Below, one piece after another: positions 39,801-48,968 of a stretch of 64,000 bases of DNA. Position 1 is the stretch's first letter; each line of letters starts with the position of its first letter. The position numbers and the translations under genes were made by a program. Origin of the DNA: Parcubacteria group bacterium Athens0714_12 (GTDB taxonomy: Bacteria > Patescibacteriota > Patescibacteriia > UBA2591 > VMGY01); the NCBI GenBank assembly GCA_007378955.1, contig VMGY01000003.1, forward strand, positions 26,264 through 90,263, read 5' to 3'. The notes beneath the pieces were generated by a model. It saw only the letters and a program-made list of their open reading frames with translations, was not told where the DNA came from and did no database searches.

Positions 39801-42800
39801 TGGTCGCAGACTGCTGGCGTATCCGCGGAATTTTTTATCAAATAAAGGCTGTCGAAAATTTCTTTCAAAATAATATTATCTAAGTAAAAAACTCCTTGTC
39901 CGTTAATCACGATGCTTTCTCCGCCATTTTCTTCCGCGTCAAAAGAAATCGGGCCTACGGTGTATGAATTCCATTCGTTAGAAATTAAGTTTACTCTGCC
40001 GAATTCCAAACTTAAATCAGGCCTTCGCAATTCGCTCAAAAGCTGGCCTTCTCCTTTTGCCCAAAAACTCAAAACATAACTTCTGCCTGGCAACGGCGAA
40101 ATTGATTTTGAAACCGCGCCGTTTACCCTTAAAGAATGCCCGCTGATATTTACCGATTCATTGCTGTTAACTCCTCCTTGCCAGCTCTGATTAGTTAAAT
40201 CTTCAAAATCATTTTTAAATAAAACGCGATAATTATTGGCGGACGCGCCTTTATATTCTCTGCAGCCCGCGCTCTGCCGGGAACATTTAACGCCTTGGCT
40301 GGGAATAGCCATATAAATACAATTATTATTCTGCCAAGTCCCGCCAGTCGCGTCGCAATCCTGCAAATTAGAATCTGTTTTTCTCAAAGGATGGCAATCA
40401 TCAGAACAGGTGATAGTTTTAGAATAAGAACGATAAAAAATTTCTCCATTGGTATTATAAAATTCCCGGCAATCAGGGTTGGTTAAAATTTTCTGACTGC
40501 AACTATTTGGGTCGTCAGAAACTAAATTAGGGTCGCAGCAACTGCCGGAATTATCAACAGTGGCAGGGACGCCCCCAGCCACTGACTCTAAATTATAAAC
40601 TTCCAATTGATATCCGGTTTGTTCGGAGCCGACCCAAGTATAAAAATTAGCGCAACTTAAATTCGGCTTCTGACATTGCCTTAAATACGTATAATATTCT
40701 TTGCCTTCGCCGCCTTGAGCCACCACATCCAAATTCGTAAATTCTTCGCAACCCGCATTCTGCGCTGAACATTTCTTCGCGTTTTTAGCGATTAAAGCCG
40801 TAAGGTCATTTCCTGTATCAAAAAAAGTGGGTGATTGCTTATAATAACGATAACCGACGCATTCCGCGGGGCATTTATTATAATCCATAATTACGCCCGG
40901 AATATCCGGCTCTCCCTGCCTTGAAACCGGAGTATAAAGCCGGCAGCCTAAATCATTCGCGTTGCAATAAGTCCGATTGCCATTAAGATAAATTTTTTCC
41001 ACCTCGGCATAATTTTCATATATATCATTTTCATCCGCATCAGCTTGCACAATATTAAAAACATCCGCCAAACTTCTATTTTCCGTAATCTTGCTTAAAT
41101 ATAAAAATTCTTCACAGCCTGATTCTTTCTCGTCGCATTTTTTAGCATTTTTATTTAAATAAATCCTGTCATTAACGTTCCATTGTTCATTAAGCATAGA
41201 CTGGCTGTACCATTTGCATCCGGCATTGTCGGCATCACAGCCATTTCTTTCCAAAGTATTGGTTAAATAGGAAAAAACCTTTCCGTCTTCCCGCCTGTAA
41301 GTTGAACAAGTGTCAAAATAAAAAGGGCATTCATCACCGCCTAAACGCCAAACATTTTTTTCTCTTAAGCAATATCCCCAGCCGCCCCGGCAATTACCAT
41401 TTTTGTCTTCACTGATGCAACTGGGCGTGTCCACGCAGACATCCTGCCTCCTATTGCTTTCATTGGATTCTAAAAATGTTCCTGAAACAAGGGACTTGCA
41501 TTGCGTAAGCGGCGCTTTTAAAAGCCACTCGGGGTCAATAAGATGAAAATATTTAGAATCAGGATTATCAAAATTATCCATCATTTGCTTTAAAGTCGCT
41601 TCTCCTTTGGAAATAGAGGCTGCTATTTCCCACCCTAAAGGTAAAATTCTAACTTTTCTTAATTTGACCAAATTACTATGGCAATAAGCGTATGTATAAC
41701 AATAAGCGTCTTGATTTTTAGCAATCTCTTCAGGAGAAATCAAAAGCCAATCGCCCTTGATGTATCCTTGCTCTATCGCTTCTCTGACGGTTAATTTTTC
41801 TCTTATCGCGTGAGCGAAATTTTCATCAATCGCGCAATTATCAATTGAGGCAAAACGAGTATCCTCCGGGCAAGAAACAAATTTGCTTAAAGGATTGTAT
41901 TCGCCGCCGGAACGGATATCAGGCACCGCCAAAGAAGAAAAGACATTTCGGGCTTTAGTGATGCCGCCCGCGCTTAAACCGCTTCCGAATCTGTTATAAT
42001 CTTCATCATCGCCTAAATCCATTAAACTCCAAAATCCTTTTTTCATTCTGTCCGTCAAGCGCGCCGTTAAAGTATTGGTAAAAATTGAAATTGTGTCCGC
42101 CCAAATTTCTCCGGTAAATGTTTTTTCCGGGGCATCCGCGCCTTTGATAGAATTTTTAACTTGTTCTTGGCTAAGGTCGGCCGGAGTTTCTATTTGTTCG
42201 GAAATAGGAGAGGTCACGTCTTTAACCCAATTACCAGCTCTCTTTAATTCAGCGTTAGTTTGAGCTTTTTGTTGGACGCTTAACATTTGACTGGATAAAG
42301 TTAAATAAGTTCCTATGTCATTTTGAGTTGGTTCAAAGCTAACCGCGAATCTTCTTAAAAAATTAGGGTCTTTCAAGGCTTTCTGCCAATTATTTCTCAT
42401 TTCTTTCCAGGTGCATTTTACTTCTCTCGGTTTTATTTCTTCACCCAATCCCAATTGAATTTTTAATTTAGCGGAAATATCTGAAGGTTCGCAGATGTTT
42501 ATATTCCATTGGCTGACGCAAACATCAGATATTTGCTTGTAAAGCCCTTCATCCGTTTTAGGGCAAGGACTTATTTCCGCTCCATTTATATCACTCAACC
42601 ATCTGCAATCAGCGGGGTCATTTGGATTATTGCACTGGCAATGAGTGCCAATAGGAGAACAAAAATTATTTTTGCCGCATCGCGCGGTTGAATTTCCCTT
42701 GCAATAGCCCGAACCGCTACTGACTAAAGTTTCCAGAAAATCTCCCGCCGCCGCGTCAGCCGCGTCTTCCAAATAAGTCTTCCAATTCTTAGTAAATAAA

Positions 42801-43147
42801 AGCGGTTTTTGGCCTTTATCTCCGCTGCCAATCCAGACCGCCGTGTCATAAGCGATTTTAGTGGTAAAAGTTTTTAAAGCGTTTTTAAAAGCAATCGCCG
42901 CCACCTTGTTATAAAGAAACTCCCCTGCTTTTTCTATTCTTTCCCATACCCATTTTGACATATTCATAACTGTTTGAATTGGATCTGTAACTACCCATTG
43001 AGCATTTGCTGGCTTTGGATAAAACAAAACAGGAATAATAACTTGCAAAATAAAAAATATCAAAACCACGCTGGCGATAACTTTTGTCTTGCCAGAATGT
43101 TTTGATGATTTGTTTTTGGGATTAAATTTCTGTTCCCGCCAAACCAT
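36857..43147 (-). CDS. giant Cys-rich exported protein (2096 aa)
   Basis: Signal peptide ending PANA, then QWVVTDP; many Cys-rich modules; C-terminal WGDGS PKD-like motif. Confidence 0.85.
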   Translation of the reverse strand: MVWREQKFNPKNKSSKHSGKTKVIASVVLIFFILQVIIPVLFYPKPANAQWVVTDPIQTVMNMSKWVWERIEKAGEFLYNKVAAIAFKNALKTFTTKIAYDTAVWIGSGDKGQKPLLFTKNWKTYLEDAADAAAGDFLETLVSSGSGYCKGNSTARCGKNNFCSPIGTHCQCNNPNDPADCRWLSDINGAEISPCPKTDEGLYKQISDVCVSQWNINICEPSDISAKLKIQLGLGEEIKPREVKCTWKEMRNNWQKALKDPNFLRRFAVSFEPTQNDIGTYLTLSSQMLSVQQKAQTNAELKRAGNWVKDVTSPISEQIETPADLSQEQVKNSIKGADAPEKTFTGEIWADTISIFTNTLTARLTDRMKKGFWSLMDLGDDEDYNRFGSGLSAGGITKARNVFSSLAVPDIRSGGEYNPLSKFVSCPEDTRFASIDNCAIDENFAHAIREKLTVREAIEQGYIKGDWLLISPEEIAKNQDAYCYTYAYCHSNLVKLRKVRILPLGWEIAASISKGEATLKQMMDNFDNPDSKYFHLIDPEWLLKAPLTQCKSLVSGTFLESNESNRRQDVCVDTPSCISEDKNGNCRGGWGYCLREKNVWRLGGDECPFYFDTCSTYRREDGKVFSYLTNTLERNGCDADNAGCKWYSQSMLNEQWNVNDRIYLNKNAKKCDEKESGCEEFLYLSKITENRSLADVFNIVQADADENDIYENYAEVEKIYLNGNRTYCNANDLGCRLYTPVSRQGEPDIPGVIMDYNKCPAECVGYRYYKQSPTFFDTGNDLTALIAKNAKKCSAQNAGCEEFTNLDVVAQGGEGKEYYTYLRQCQKPNLSCANFYTWVGSEQTGYQLEVYNLESVAGGVPATVDNSGSCCDPNLVSDDPNSCSQKILTNPDCREFYNTNGEIFYRSYSKTITCSDDCHPLRKTDSNLQDCDATGGTWQNNNCIYMAIPSQGVKCSRQSAGCREYKGASANNYRVLFKNDFEDLTNQSWQGGVNSNESVNISGHSLRVNGAVSKSISPLPGRSYVLSFWAKGEGQLLSELRRPDLSLEFGRVNLISNEWNSYTVGPISFDAEENGGESIVINGQGVFYLDNIILKEIFDSLYLIKNSADTPAVCDQPITKAQINCEEYKDKKGNRYYLKSFSRLCEEDKAGCELLIDTRNSSSPYEESFNQGGDNIDDVTVQSDALVYVVVNSKNYCHSDDKGCRVFGLPSLDANGNLKLDSSNGQIWQTVYLKNNPDQYISTPEKIISPILCQNSEDKCEAYEANGATAYFKDPGERVCEFKENINLNGVITSGWFTKVNNLNCDIDEDRYPDIGWAGLCPSKYSGCTQFRPYQENTENLTGETYYYMDNNKLSFCSKEDWKDSCVKLEKMGINFNGQAREGEDNLLKVLRDRECGQWLTCENTHMVFDSRIGKYKEVCEDGGLILCDQSLGFGRGFSCSNEVNDPNLLQPLTQDVYASLNTGQWEALDFSGYSLFDKYQIHLLSSINFGSLDNPENKLVYILGDCPSGSANGSACNIGGRNGLCYSQRCVAGIDGNLPNGGALSSSCRGYPQKESPFSNNTRVITEFANANYCQDAGDGEVEACDCHYQKVSYGSGEEKYFAGNNLTIPDSICQGGEEDGKFCGQEVTVQDCRDGDGHCAPVKKKVNYIGWEGYCLERDKSKTINGKSDQFACLTWMPIDLIVGASDLYNQYVEAGFNAGGLGLGEGPFYCLEKEELNYDWRASYHEDSGECDGCPFGFVERNTRTYRRGLHDRCEWDCEVIGGNGCYISATLTIIPNLSQGDCNILSTGERCAEIAGVTQGAENKAWTDRVWQTSNFTNSLGYNYSSTCSPLFAALPNRAVDRETIFIDHENFPKCSQQEMFYIGDNDYQNNKSSLHDIFARSYQIYQYNIGNGYVPVNNSDVWDVTFTASNASRAPQISALKIRSVGVLDCDPSSGKCYQDANYRMTINNQNSGDILARGRIRTSLKFFSLVDKDQMPIRNIIINWGDGSASGPFPGFYKNHLAIGECDSRDFGHTPEACLEGYFNYYHSYRCEIGGAGWQAVCPVLGITNGGCCVFRPAIQIQDNWGWCNNGGYQAGCGGQMFDGRIVVIP

Positions 43148-43220
43148 AAAATTTATTTTAATTCATTAGACCTGTTGCGCAATAATTTTTTCTGCTGCAA
43201 CTTAAAATTTTGACTGAAAA

Positions 43221-43937
43221 TTATTCGGGCTTCGCGTTTTGCCGGTTCAACGCCTCTAAAAATAAAGTTCTTAAAGTCTTGTCATCAATTTGGTCCAAAA
43301 TTTCTTTTTCCGCGCCGCCTTCCATTAAAATGTTTCTGATGTCTTGAGCGGATAAATTTTCCAAGAGCGCTTGATTATTTTTTAAAACATCGGGGTTGAG
43401 ATTTTTTTCCAATGACAAATTTTCTGGGTTAATGCCCGTTTCTTTTATAGTTTCATTATACACTTCTTTTAAAGTCTTGTCATCAATTTTATCCAGAGTT
43501 TCTTTGTCCATTCCCGACTTGATTAAAAAATCTTTTATTTCTTCGGCGGATAATTCTGTTTCATCGCTTGACGAATCTTGTGAAGAAGATTCTACTGAAA
43601 CGGTTCCGCAAATTTCTCCTTCCGGACAAGAAGGATTTGTTCCCTTCTCTATTTCTTCTTTATCAAAAATTCCGTCGCCATCCGTATCTTCCAAATAAGG
43701 CGATGTCTTATAAACATTGAGCTCGTTAAAATCATTTAAGCCGTCTTTATCAGTATCTATATTATTTAAATCCAATAATTCCGAAACTTTTTGTTGTTCG
43801 CCTTGGTCATTGGCCGCTGAATTAAACGGCCTATAAATATTTGACTTGAATTGAAAAAAGGCGATAAAAAAAATCAGAATAGTTAAAAAACTTAAGCCCA
43901 ATAAAGATAATTTTTGCCGCTTGTTAAGAGATTTCAT
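43221..43937 (-). CDS. membrane-anchored protein with thrombospondin type 3-like Ca-binding repeats
   Basis: DTDKDGLNDFNE and DTDGDGIFDKEE motifs; duplicated LSAxxI..L..G..KE.LD.IDDKTL domain. Confidence 0.75.
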   Translation of the reverse strand: MKSLNKRQKLSLLGLSFLTILIFFIAFFQFKSNIYRPFNSAANDQGEQQKVSELLDLNNIDTDKDGLNDFNELNVYKTSPYLEDTDGDGIFDKEEIEKGTNPSCPEGEICGTVSVESSSQDSSSDETELSAEEIKDFLIKSGMDKETLDKIDDKTLKEVYNETIKETGINPENLSLEKNLNPDVLKNNQALLENLSAQDIRNILMEGGAEKEILDQIDDKTLRTLFLEALNRQNAKPE

Positions 43938-43983
43938 TAATTATAATTATAGCAAATAAATTAGAAAAGATAAATAAAAAAGA

Positions 43984-44200
43984 TGTCATTGTGAGGAACC
44001 TCGAGATTGCTTCGCCTGCTGGCTCGCAATGACAGGGCGGAAGAGTGTCATTGCGAGGAGCGACTGAAGGGAGCGACGAAGCAATCCCGTGTCCACTTGT
44101 CATTGCGAGGAGCGACCCCAAGGAGCGACGCGGCAATCCCGTTGTCTATCGCGTCCCCACTCTGTCATTGCGAGGAGGCAGCAGCCGACGCGGCAATCCC
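43984..44200. repeat. cluster of five GTCATTGCGAG..GCAATC REP-like repeats
   Basis: Copies at about 43984, 44003-44034 (inverted), 44046, 44098 and 44163. Confidence 0.8.
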
Positions 44201-44208
44201 GTGAGTAT

Positions 44209-45021
44209 TTATTTTAATTTCTCGCTAAGCCTGATCCAATCTTCCACGCTCAAATCCTGCGCCCTGATTTTCGGATTAAAATTCAATTTTTTAAATATTT
44301 CTTTTATCTCTTCATTGTTCATTTTTAATCCCGTGGCTAAGTTATTGTGTAATTGCTTCCGCCTGTTTGAAAAACCTATTTTTACTATCTTAAAAAAAAC
44401 TTTTTCATCTATTCTTGATTCTTGGCTTTTAATTTTTAATCTGATAATCGCGCTGTCCACTTTTGGCTCGGGATAAAAACTTTTTTTAGAGACCAAGCTG
44501 ATAATCTCCGGTTGGCTGTAAAACTGGACTGCCACGGAAAGCAAAGACATTTTACCCGGCCTTGCCGCGATTCTTTCGGCAACTTCTTTTTGAACTAATA
44601 AAACCATTTCTTCGGGCTTTATTTTGTTTTCTAAAAATTTCCGCAAAAAATTGCCGGTAATAGAATAAGGAATATTAGCGACAATCTTAAAGTTATGAGT
44701 TATAAGTTGCTGGTTGTAAGTTAATTTCAAAATGTCTCCTTCAATAATCTCCACATCTTTATAATCCTTCAAAATATCTTTCAAGGCTCTGATTATATTT
44801 TTATCAATTTCCACGGCCATGACTTTTTTAACTCTTTTGGCTAATGCTTGCGTTAAAATACCAAACCCCGGGCCAACTTCCAAAATTAAATCATCTTTTT
44901 TTAAATCAGCCGCTTCAATTATTTTATCTAAAATTTTATTGTCAATTAAAAAATTCTGCCCTTTCCAAGACTTGGGCAGAAGATTATATTTTTGGCAAAG
45001 AAATTTAATATCATTTAACAT
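44209..45021 (-). CDS. rsmA: 16S rRNA m6,2A dimethyltransferase
   Basis: GQNFLID, EVGPGFG, VANIPYSIT, QKEVAERI, F.PEPKVDS. Confidence 0.95.
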   Translation of the reverse strand: MLNDIKFLCQKYNLLPKSWKGQNFLIDNKILDKIIEAADLKKDDLILEVGPGFGILTQALAKRVKKVMAVEIDKNIIRALKDILKDYKDVEIIEGDILKLTYNQQLITHNFKIVANIPYSITGNFLRKFLENKIKPEEMVLLVQKEVAERIAARPGKMSLLSVAVQFYSQPEIISLVSKKSFYPEPKVDSAIIRLKIKSQESRIDEKVFFKIVKIGFSNRRKQLHNNLATGLKMNNEEIKEIFKKLNFNPKIRAQDLSVEDWIRLSEKLK

Positions 45022-45073
45022 ATCTATGTCTGAATTACTAAATAACGATTATCCATTTCGTAATTCAAGGTAT

Positions 45074-46243
45074 TTAAATCTTTTTTAACTGGGTGATAAA
45101 GCTGTATAACAAAGTCATTAAGCCGGCGAGAACAAAAGCGGGGATAAAAGAATTCGGATATATAAATAAAAATAAATAAACAACAAGCATCGCCGCAAGC
45201 TTTCCTATTACCAAACTCATTTCAAAAAAAACAATCGTCTTCATTATTGAACTTTTAGAGCCCTGATTATAAACTAAGGACATCATCGGAATGCCAACTA
45301 ATCTTTGGCTTATTTGCGTGGAGGAATGAAGCAAGAAAACAGCAAAAGGAGAAGAAGTGAAAATTCTTAAAAACCAAGAGATTGAGCCAAAAATAATTCC
45401 GCTGTTCAAAATTTTGTATTTATCTTTTTCATCCGCCGTCTTTCCTATATAAAGAATGGATAAAGAGCTTATTAAAGTGCTTAAAGCGATTATTGAGCCA
45501 ATGGAAAAAAAATTTTTAGCGGTTAAATAAATAAAAACCGGCCAGATAACCAAAAAAATAAATTCCTCCCCGTATCCCAAATAAGCCAAAACGCCCTTAC
45601 GGTAATTTTTTTTAAACAAGCGCTTAAACGCGTCTTTATAAGAAAATTTTAAAGGAGTAAAAACTTCTTTCGTGGCAAGCATTGGCAAATTAGAAATCAA
45701 AATTAAAAAGCTAACCATCATAAACAAAACTTTAAATCCAAAAAAGGAAATTATCAAACCGCCTAAAAATGGCCCGACGACGCAAACTATTGAATAGAGA
45801 ACCACTAAATTGCTTATTTCCCTGCTTCTTTCCTCGCCTCTGCCAAAACGGGTGAAATCCGCATGGTAAGCGGGCCAATAAAGCGCTTTTGAAACAGCCA
45901 GCATTAATATCGCCAAATAAACAAAATAAACATTTCTGGAAATACTGAATAAGCTCAAATAATACAAAATGCAAAAAAAACTGCTGTAAAAAATGGAGTG
46001 TTCATAGCCTTTAGTTCTGGCGATATTGGCGCCAATAGGCACAATAAAAAAATACAATGCGTAAACGAAAATAAAAAATAAAACAATCTGGGATAAAGAA
46101 AAACCCAGCGTGTAAAGATAAATTGGCTCAAAAATTGATACCGCACTAATGGCTAAATTTAAAATCAAGGTGGATAAATAAAGTTCTTTGAGTTCCCTTT
46201 TTAAACCATTGGCAATACAGCCGTCAAAAATTTTTAGCTTCAT
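45074..46243 (-). CDS. MFS transporter
   Basis: About 12 hydrophobic segments, MFS-like GP.LGG motif. Confidence 0.75.
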   Translation of the reverse strand: MKLKIFDGCIANGLKRELKELYLSTLILNLAISAVSIFEPIYLYTLGFSLSQIVLFFIFVYALYFFIVPIGANIARTKGYEHSIFYSSFFCILYYLSLFSISRNVYFVYLAILMLAVSKALYWPAYHADFTRFGRGEERSREISNLVVLYSIVCVVGPFLGGLIISFFGFKVLFMMVSFLILISNLPMLATKEVFTPLKFSYKDAFKRLFKKNYRKGVLAYLGYGEEFIFLVIWPVFIYLTAKNFFSIGSIIALSTLISSLSILYIGKTADEKDKYKILNSGIIFGSISWFLRIFTSSPFAVFLLHSSTQISQRLVGIPMMSLVYNQGSKSSIMKTIVFFEMSLVIGKLAAMLVVYLFLFIYPNSFIPAFVLAGLMTLLYSFITQLKKI

Positions 46244-46248
46244 ATTTT

Positions 46249-48714
46249 TTAGTTCGCGACGATGTTTATTAATCTGTTGTTAATATAAATTATCTTTTTT
46301 ATTTCTCTGTTTTCAAGCCATTTTTTAATTTTTTCCCTTTCCAAGACCATTTTTTTAACTTCTTCTTCTGAAATATTTATTTTTATTTCCATTTTATCCC
46401 TTACCTTGCTATTAATCTGAATTATCAATTCTATTGTTTCATCAATAATTAAATCTGGATTGTAATCAGGCCATTTTTCTTCAAAAATAGTTTTCTCTTC
46501 CGGCAATCCTTTGAGCTGATGCCATAATTCTTCACTTAAATGAGGCGCGAGCGGCGCTAAAAGTAAAATTAAAATTTCCAAATCATGAGTTGTAAGTTGT
46601 AAGTTGTAAGTTGTAAGTTTATTTACGTATTCCATTAAACAAGCGATCATGGTATTGAATTTAAATTTTTCTATATCTTCGCTCACTTTTTTAATTGTCT
46701 GATGCCTTAATTTCTCTATTTCTAAATTTGGTCGCTGGTTGTTGGTCGCGAGTTGTTGGCTGACTAAATCCCAAACTTTATTTAAAAATCTATAAACCCC
46801 AATCACGCCTCTATCCTGCCATTCAGCGTCTTGTTCCGGCGGCGACATAAAAAGTTCATACAAACGCATTGTGTCCGCGCCGTATTTTATAAAAAATTCA
46901 TTCGGATTGACGACATTGCCTTTTGATTTGCTCATTTTCTCTCCGTTTCTATAAATCATTCCTTGGTTGAATAATTTTAAAAATGGCTCTTCAAATTCTA
47001 TTATTCCCAAATCAAACATTATTTTGCTAAAAAAACGGGCGTAAAGCAAATGCAAAACCGCGTGTTCTATGCCGCCGACATATAAGTCTGTTGGCAGCCA
47101 ATATTTAATTTTTTTCTTTTCAAAAATTTCTTCTGAATTTTTCGGGTCAACATACCTTAAATAATACCAAGCCGAGTCAACAAAAGTATCCATAGTATCT
47201 GTTTCTCTTTTCGCTTCAGCGCCGCATTTAGGACATTTTGTTTTTACAAATTTTTCGGCTTTTGCTAAAGGGGATTTTTCGCCTAAAGGCTTAAAATCTT
47301 CAATTTCCGGCAAAACGAGCGGCAAATCGCTTTCAAGTACAGGAATTTCACCGCAATGCTCGCAATAAATAATCGGTATTGGCACGCCCCAGTATCTTTG
47401 CCGTGAAATAAGCCAATCCCTTAATTTATATTTTTTAGTCCCAAAGCCAATGCCTTTATCTTCCAGCCATTTGGTCATTTCTTCCTGCGCCCTTTCGGAG
47501 GATAAACCATTAAATTTTTCCGATTCAATCAAAACGCCGTCTTCTTCAAAAGCGCCGTTTTCAATAGTTGACCTGCCATCTTCTGATTTAATCACTTCAA
47601 TAATTTCCAAGCTATGCTTTTCCGCGAAAAAATAATCTCTTTGGTCATGCGCGGGCACGGCCATAATCGCGCCTGTGCCGTATTCAGCCAAAACATAATC
47701 GCCGATATAAACAGGAACTTGTTTCTGATTAAAAGGATTTAGCGCGTAAGCGCCGGTAAAAACTCCGGTTTTTTCTTTTTCCTCCGACATTCTTTCTATT
47801 TCTGTTTTTTCTTTCGCTTGCTTGATATATTCTTCAACTTCTTTTTTCCGGCTCTCGGCAGTTAGAGATTCCACCAAAGGATGTTCCGGCGATAAAACCG
47901 CGTAAGTCATTCCGAAAACCGTATCAACGCGCGTGGTATAAACTCTGATTACCTCTTCTTTTTGTCCTCCCTTTTCATCCAAAATCGGCATTTCAAATTC
48001 CACGCCATAGCTTCGGCCAATCCAATTTCTTTGCATAATTTTTACTTTTTCCGGCCAATCCACCAAATCCAAATCTTCAATCAAACGGTCGGCGTATTGA
48101 GTAATTTTTAAAAACCATTGATTAAGTTCTTTTTTTGTAATTTCAGAACAACATCTTTCGCACTTTCCATCCTTAACCTGCTCATTTGCCAAAACAGTCT
48201 GGCAGGAAGGGCACCAATTAACCAAAGCCATTTTTTTATAAGCCAATCCTTTTTTATAAAATTGCAGAAAAAGCCATTGAGTCCATTTATAATATTCCGG
48301 CTGCGAAGTATTGACTTCTTTTTGCCAATCATAAAGATAACCGGCATTTTTTAATTGTTCTTTGATGATGGAAATATTTTTTTCCGTGCTGATTCTGGGA
48401 TGAACGCCGGTTTTTAAAGCATAATTCTCCGCCGGTAATCCGAAAGCGTCCCAACCCATGGGATGCAGGACATTATATCCTTCCATTAATCTTTTTCTGG
48501 CAATCACATCGCTGTAAGTATAGCCGCGCATATGCCCGACATGAAGGCCTTCGCCGGAAGGATAAGGAAACATATCCAAACAATAAAACTTTGATTTTTT
48601 ATTATCCTCTGAAGTTTTATTAATTCCTATTTTATTCCATATCGCCTGCCATTTTTTTTCAATTTTTTGAGCTTCGTATTTCACCCCGTTAGAAATATTT
48701 TCTTTTTTAGACAT
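46249..48714 (-). CDS. leuS: leucine--tRNA ligase
   Basis: MFPYPSGEGLHVGH, editing domain, KMSKSKGN. Confidence 0.97.
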   Translation of the reverse strand: MSKKENISNGVKYEAQKIEKKWQAIWNKIGINKTSEDNKKSKFYCLDMFPYPSGEGLHVGHMRGYTYSDVIARKRLMEGYNVLHPMGWDAFGLPAENYALKTGVHPRISTEKNISIIKEQLKNAGYLYDWQKEVNTSQPEYYKWTQWLFLQFYKKGLAYKKMALVNWCPSCQTVLANEQVKDGKCERCCSEITKKELNQWFLKITQYADRLIEDLDLVDWPEKVKIMQRNWIGRSYGVEFEMPILDEKGGQKEEVIRVYTTRVDTVFGMTYAVLSPEHPLVESLTAESRKKEVEEYIKQAKEKTEIERMSEEKEKTGVFTGAYALNPFNQKQVPVYIGDYVLAEYGTGAIMAVPAHDQRDYFFAEKHSLEIIEVIKSEDGRSTIENGAFEEDGVLIESEKFNGLSSERAQEEMTKWLEDKGIGFGTKKYKLRDWLISRQRYWGVPIPIIYCEHCGEIPVLESDLPLVLPEIEDFKPLGEKSPLAKAEKFVKTKCPKCGAEAKRETDTMDTFVDSAWYYLRYVDPKNSEEIFEKKKIKYWLPTDLYVGGIEHAVLHLLYARFFSKIMFDLGIIEFEEPFLKLFNQGMIYRNGEKMSKSKGNVVNPNEFFIKYGADTMRLYELFMSPPEQDAEWQDRGVIGVYRFLNKVWDLVSQQLATNNQRPNLEIEKLRHQTIKKVSEDIEKFKFNTMIACLMEYVNKLTTYNLQLTTHDLEILILLLAPLAPHLSEELWHQLKGLPEEKTIFEEKWPDYNPDLIIDETIELIIQINSKVRDKMEIKINISEEEVKKMVLEREKIKKWLENREIKKIIYINNRLINIVAN

Positions 48715-48763
48715 AATATCTTTTTTTAACTTCCCCGCAGAATATAAAATTTCTAACGGGGCG
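48682..48763. mobile_element. 82-bp MITE inserted in the leuS 5' end
   Basis: 15-bp TIR (14/15 match) flanked by 7-bp direct repeats CGTATTT (48675-48681, 48764-48770). Confidence 0.8.
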
Positions 48764-48968
48764 CGTATTTATATTTTATCATTTTAAATATATTTTTCAA
48801 GTTCGCGCGTTTTATCGCCGTCAAGCCATCGCTATTAAAAAAATTTAGACAAATCAAAAAAAATGTGTTAAATTAAAAATCATCATAACTGGGGTCGGTA
48901 AATGTGATAGAAAAGATTTCCCACTTCCGACATTTTACAATGCGCGCAAAGCCTGTTATTATAGAAAT

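Noticed and set aside
26390-43937. Integrative conjugative element or prophage
   Set aside because: No integrase, relaxase, att repeats or phage structural genes; composition resembles the flanking core genes
43924-44476. ORFs and apparent CRISPR-like array
   Set aside because: Translations of REP-like repeats; units are degenerate and of mixed orientation, and there are no cas genes
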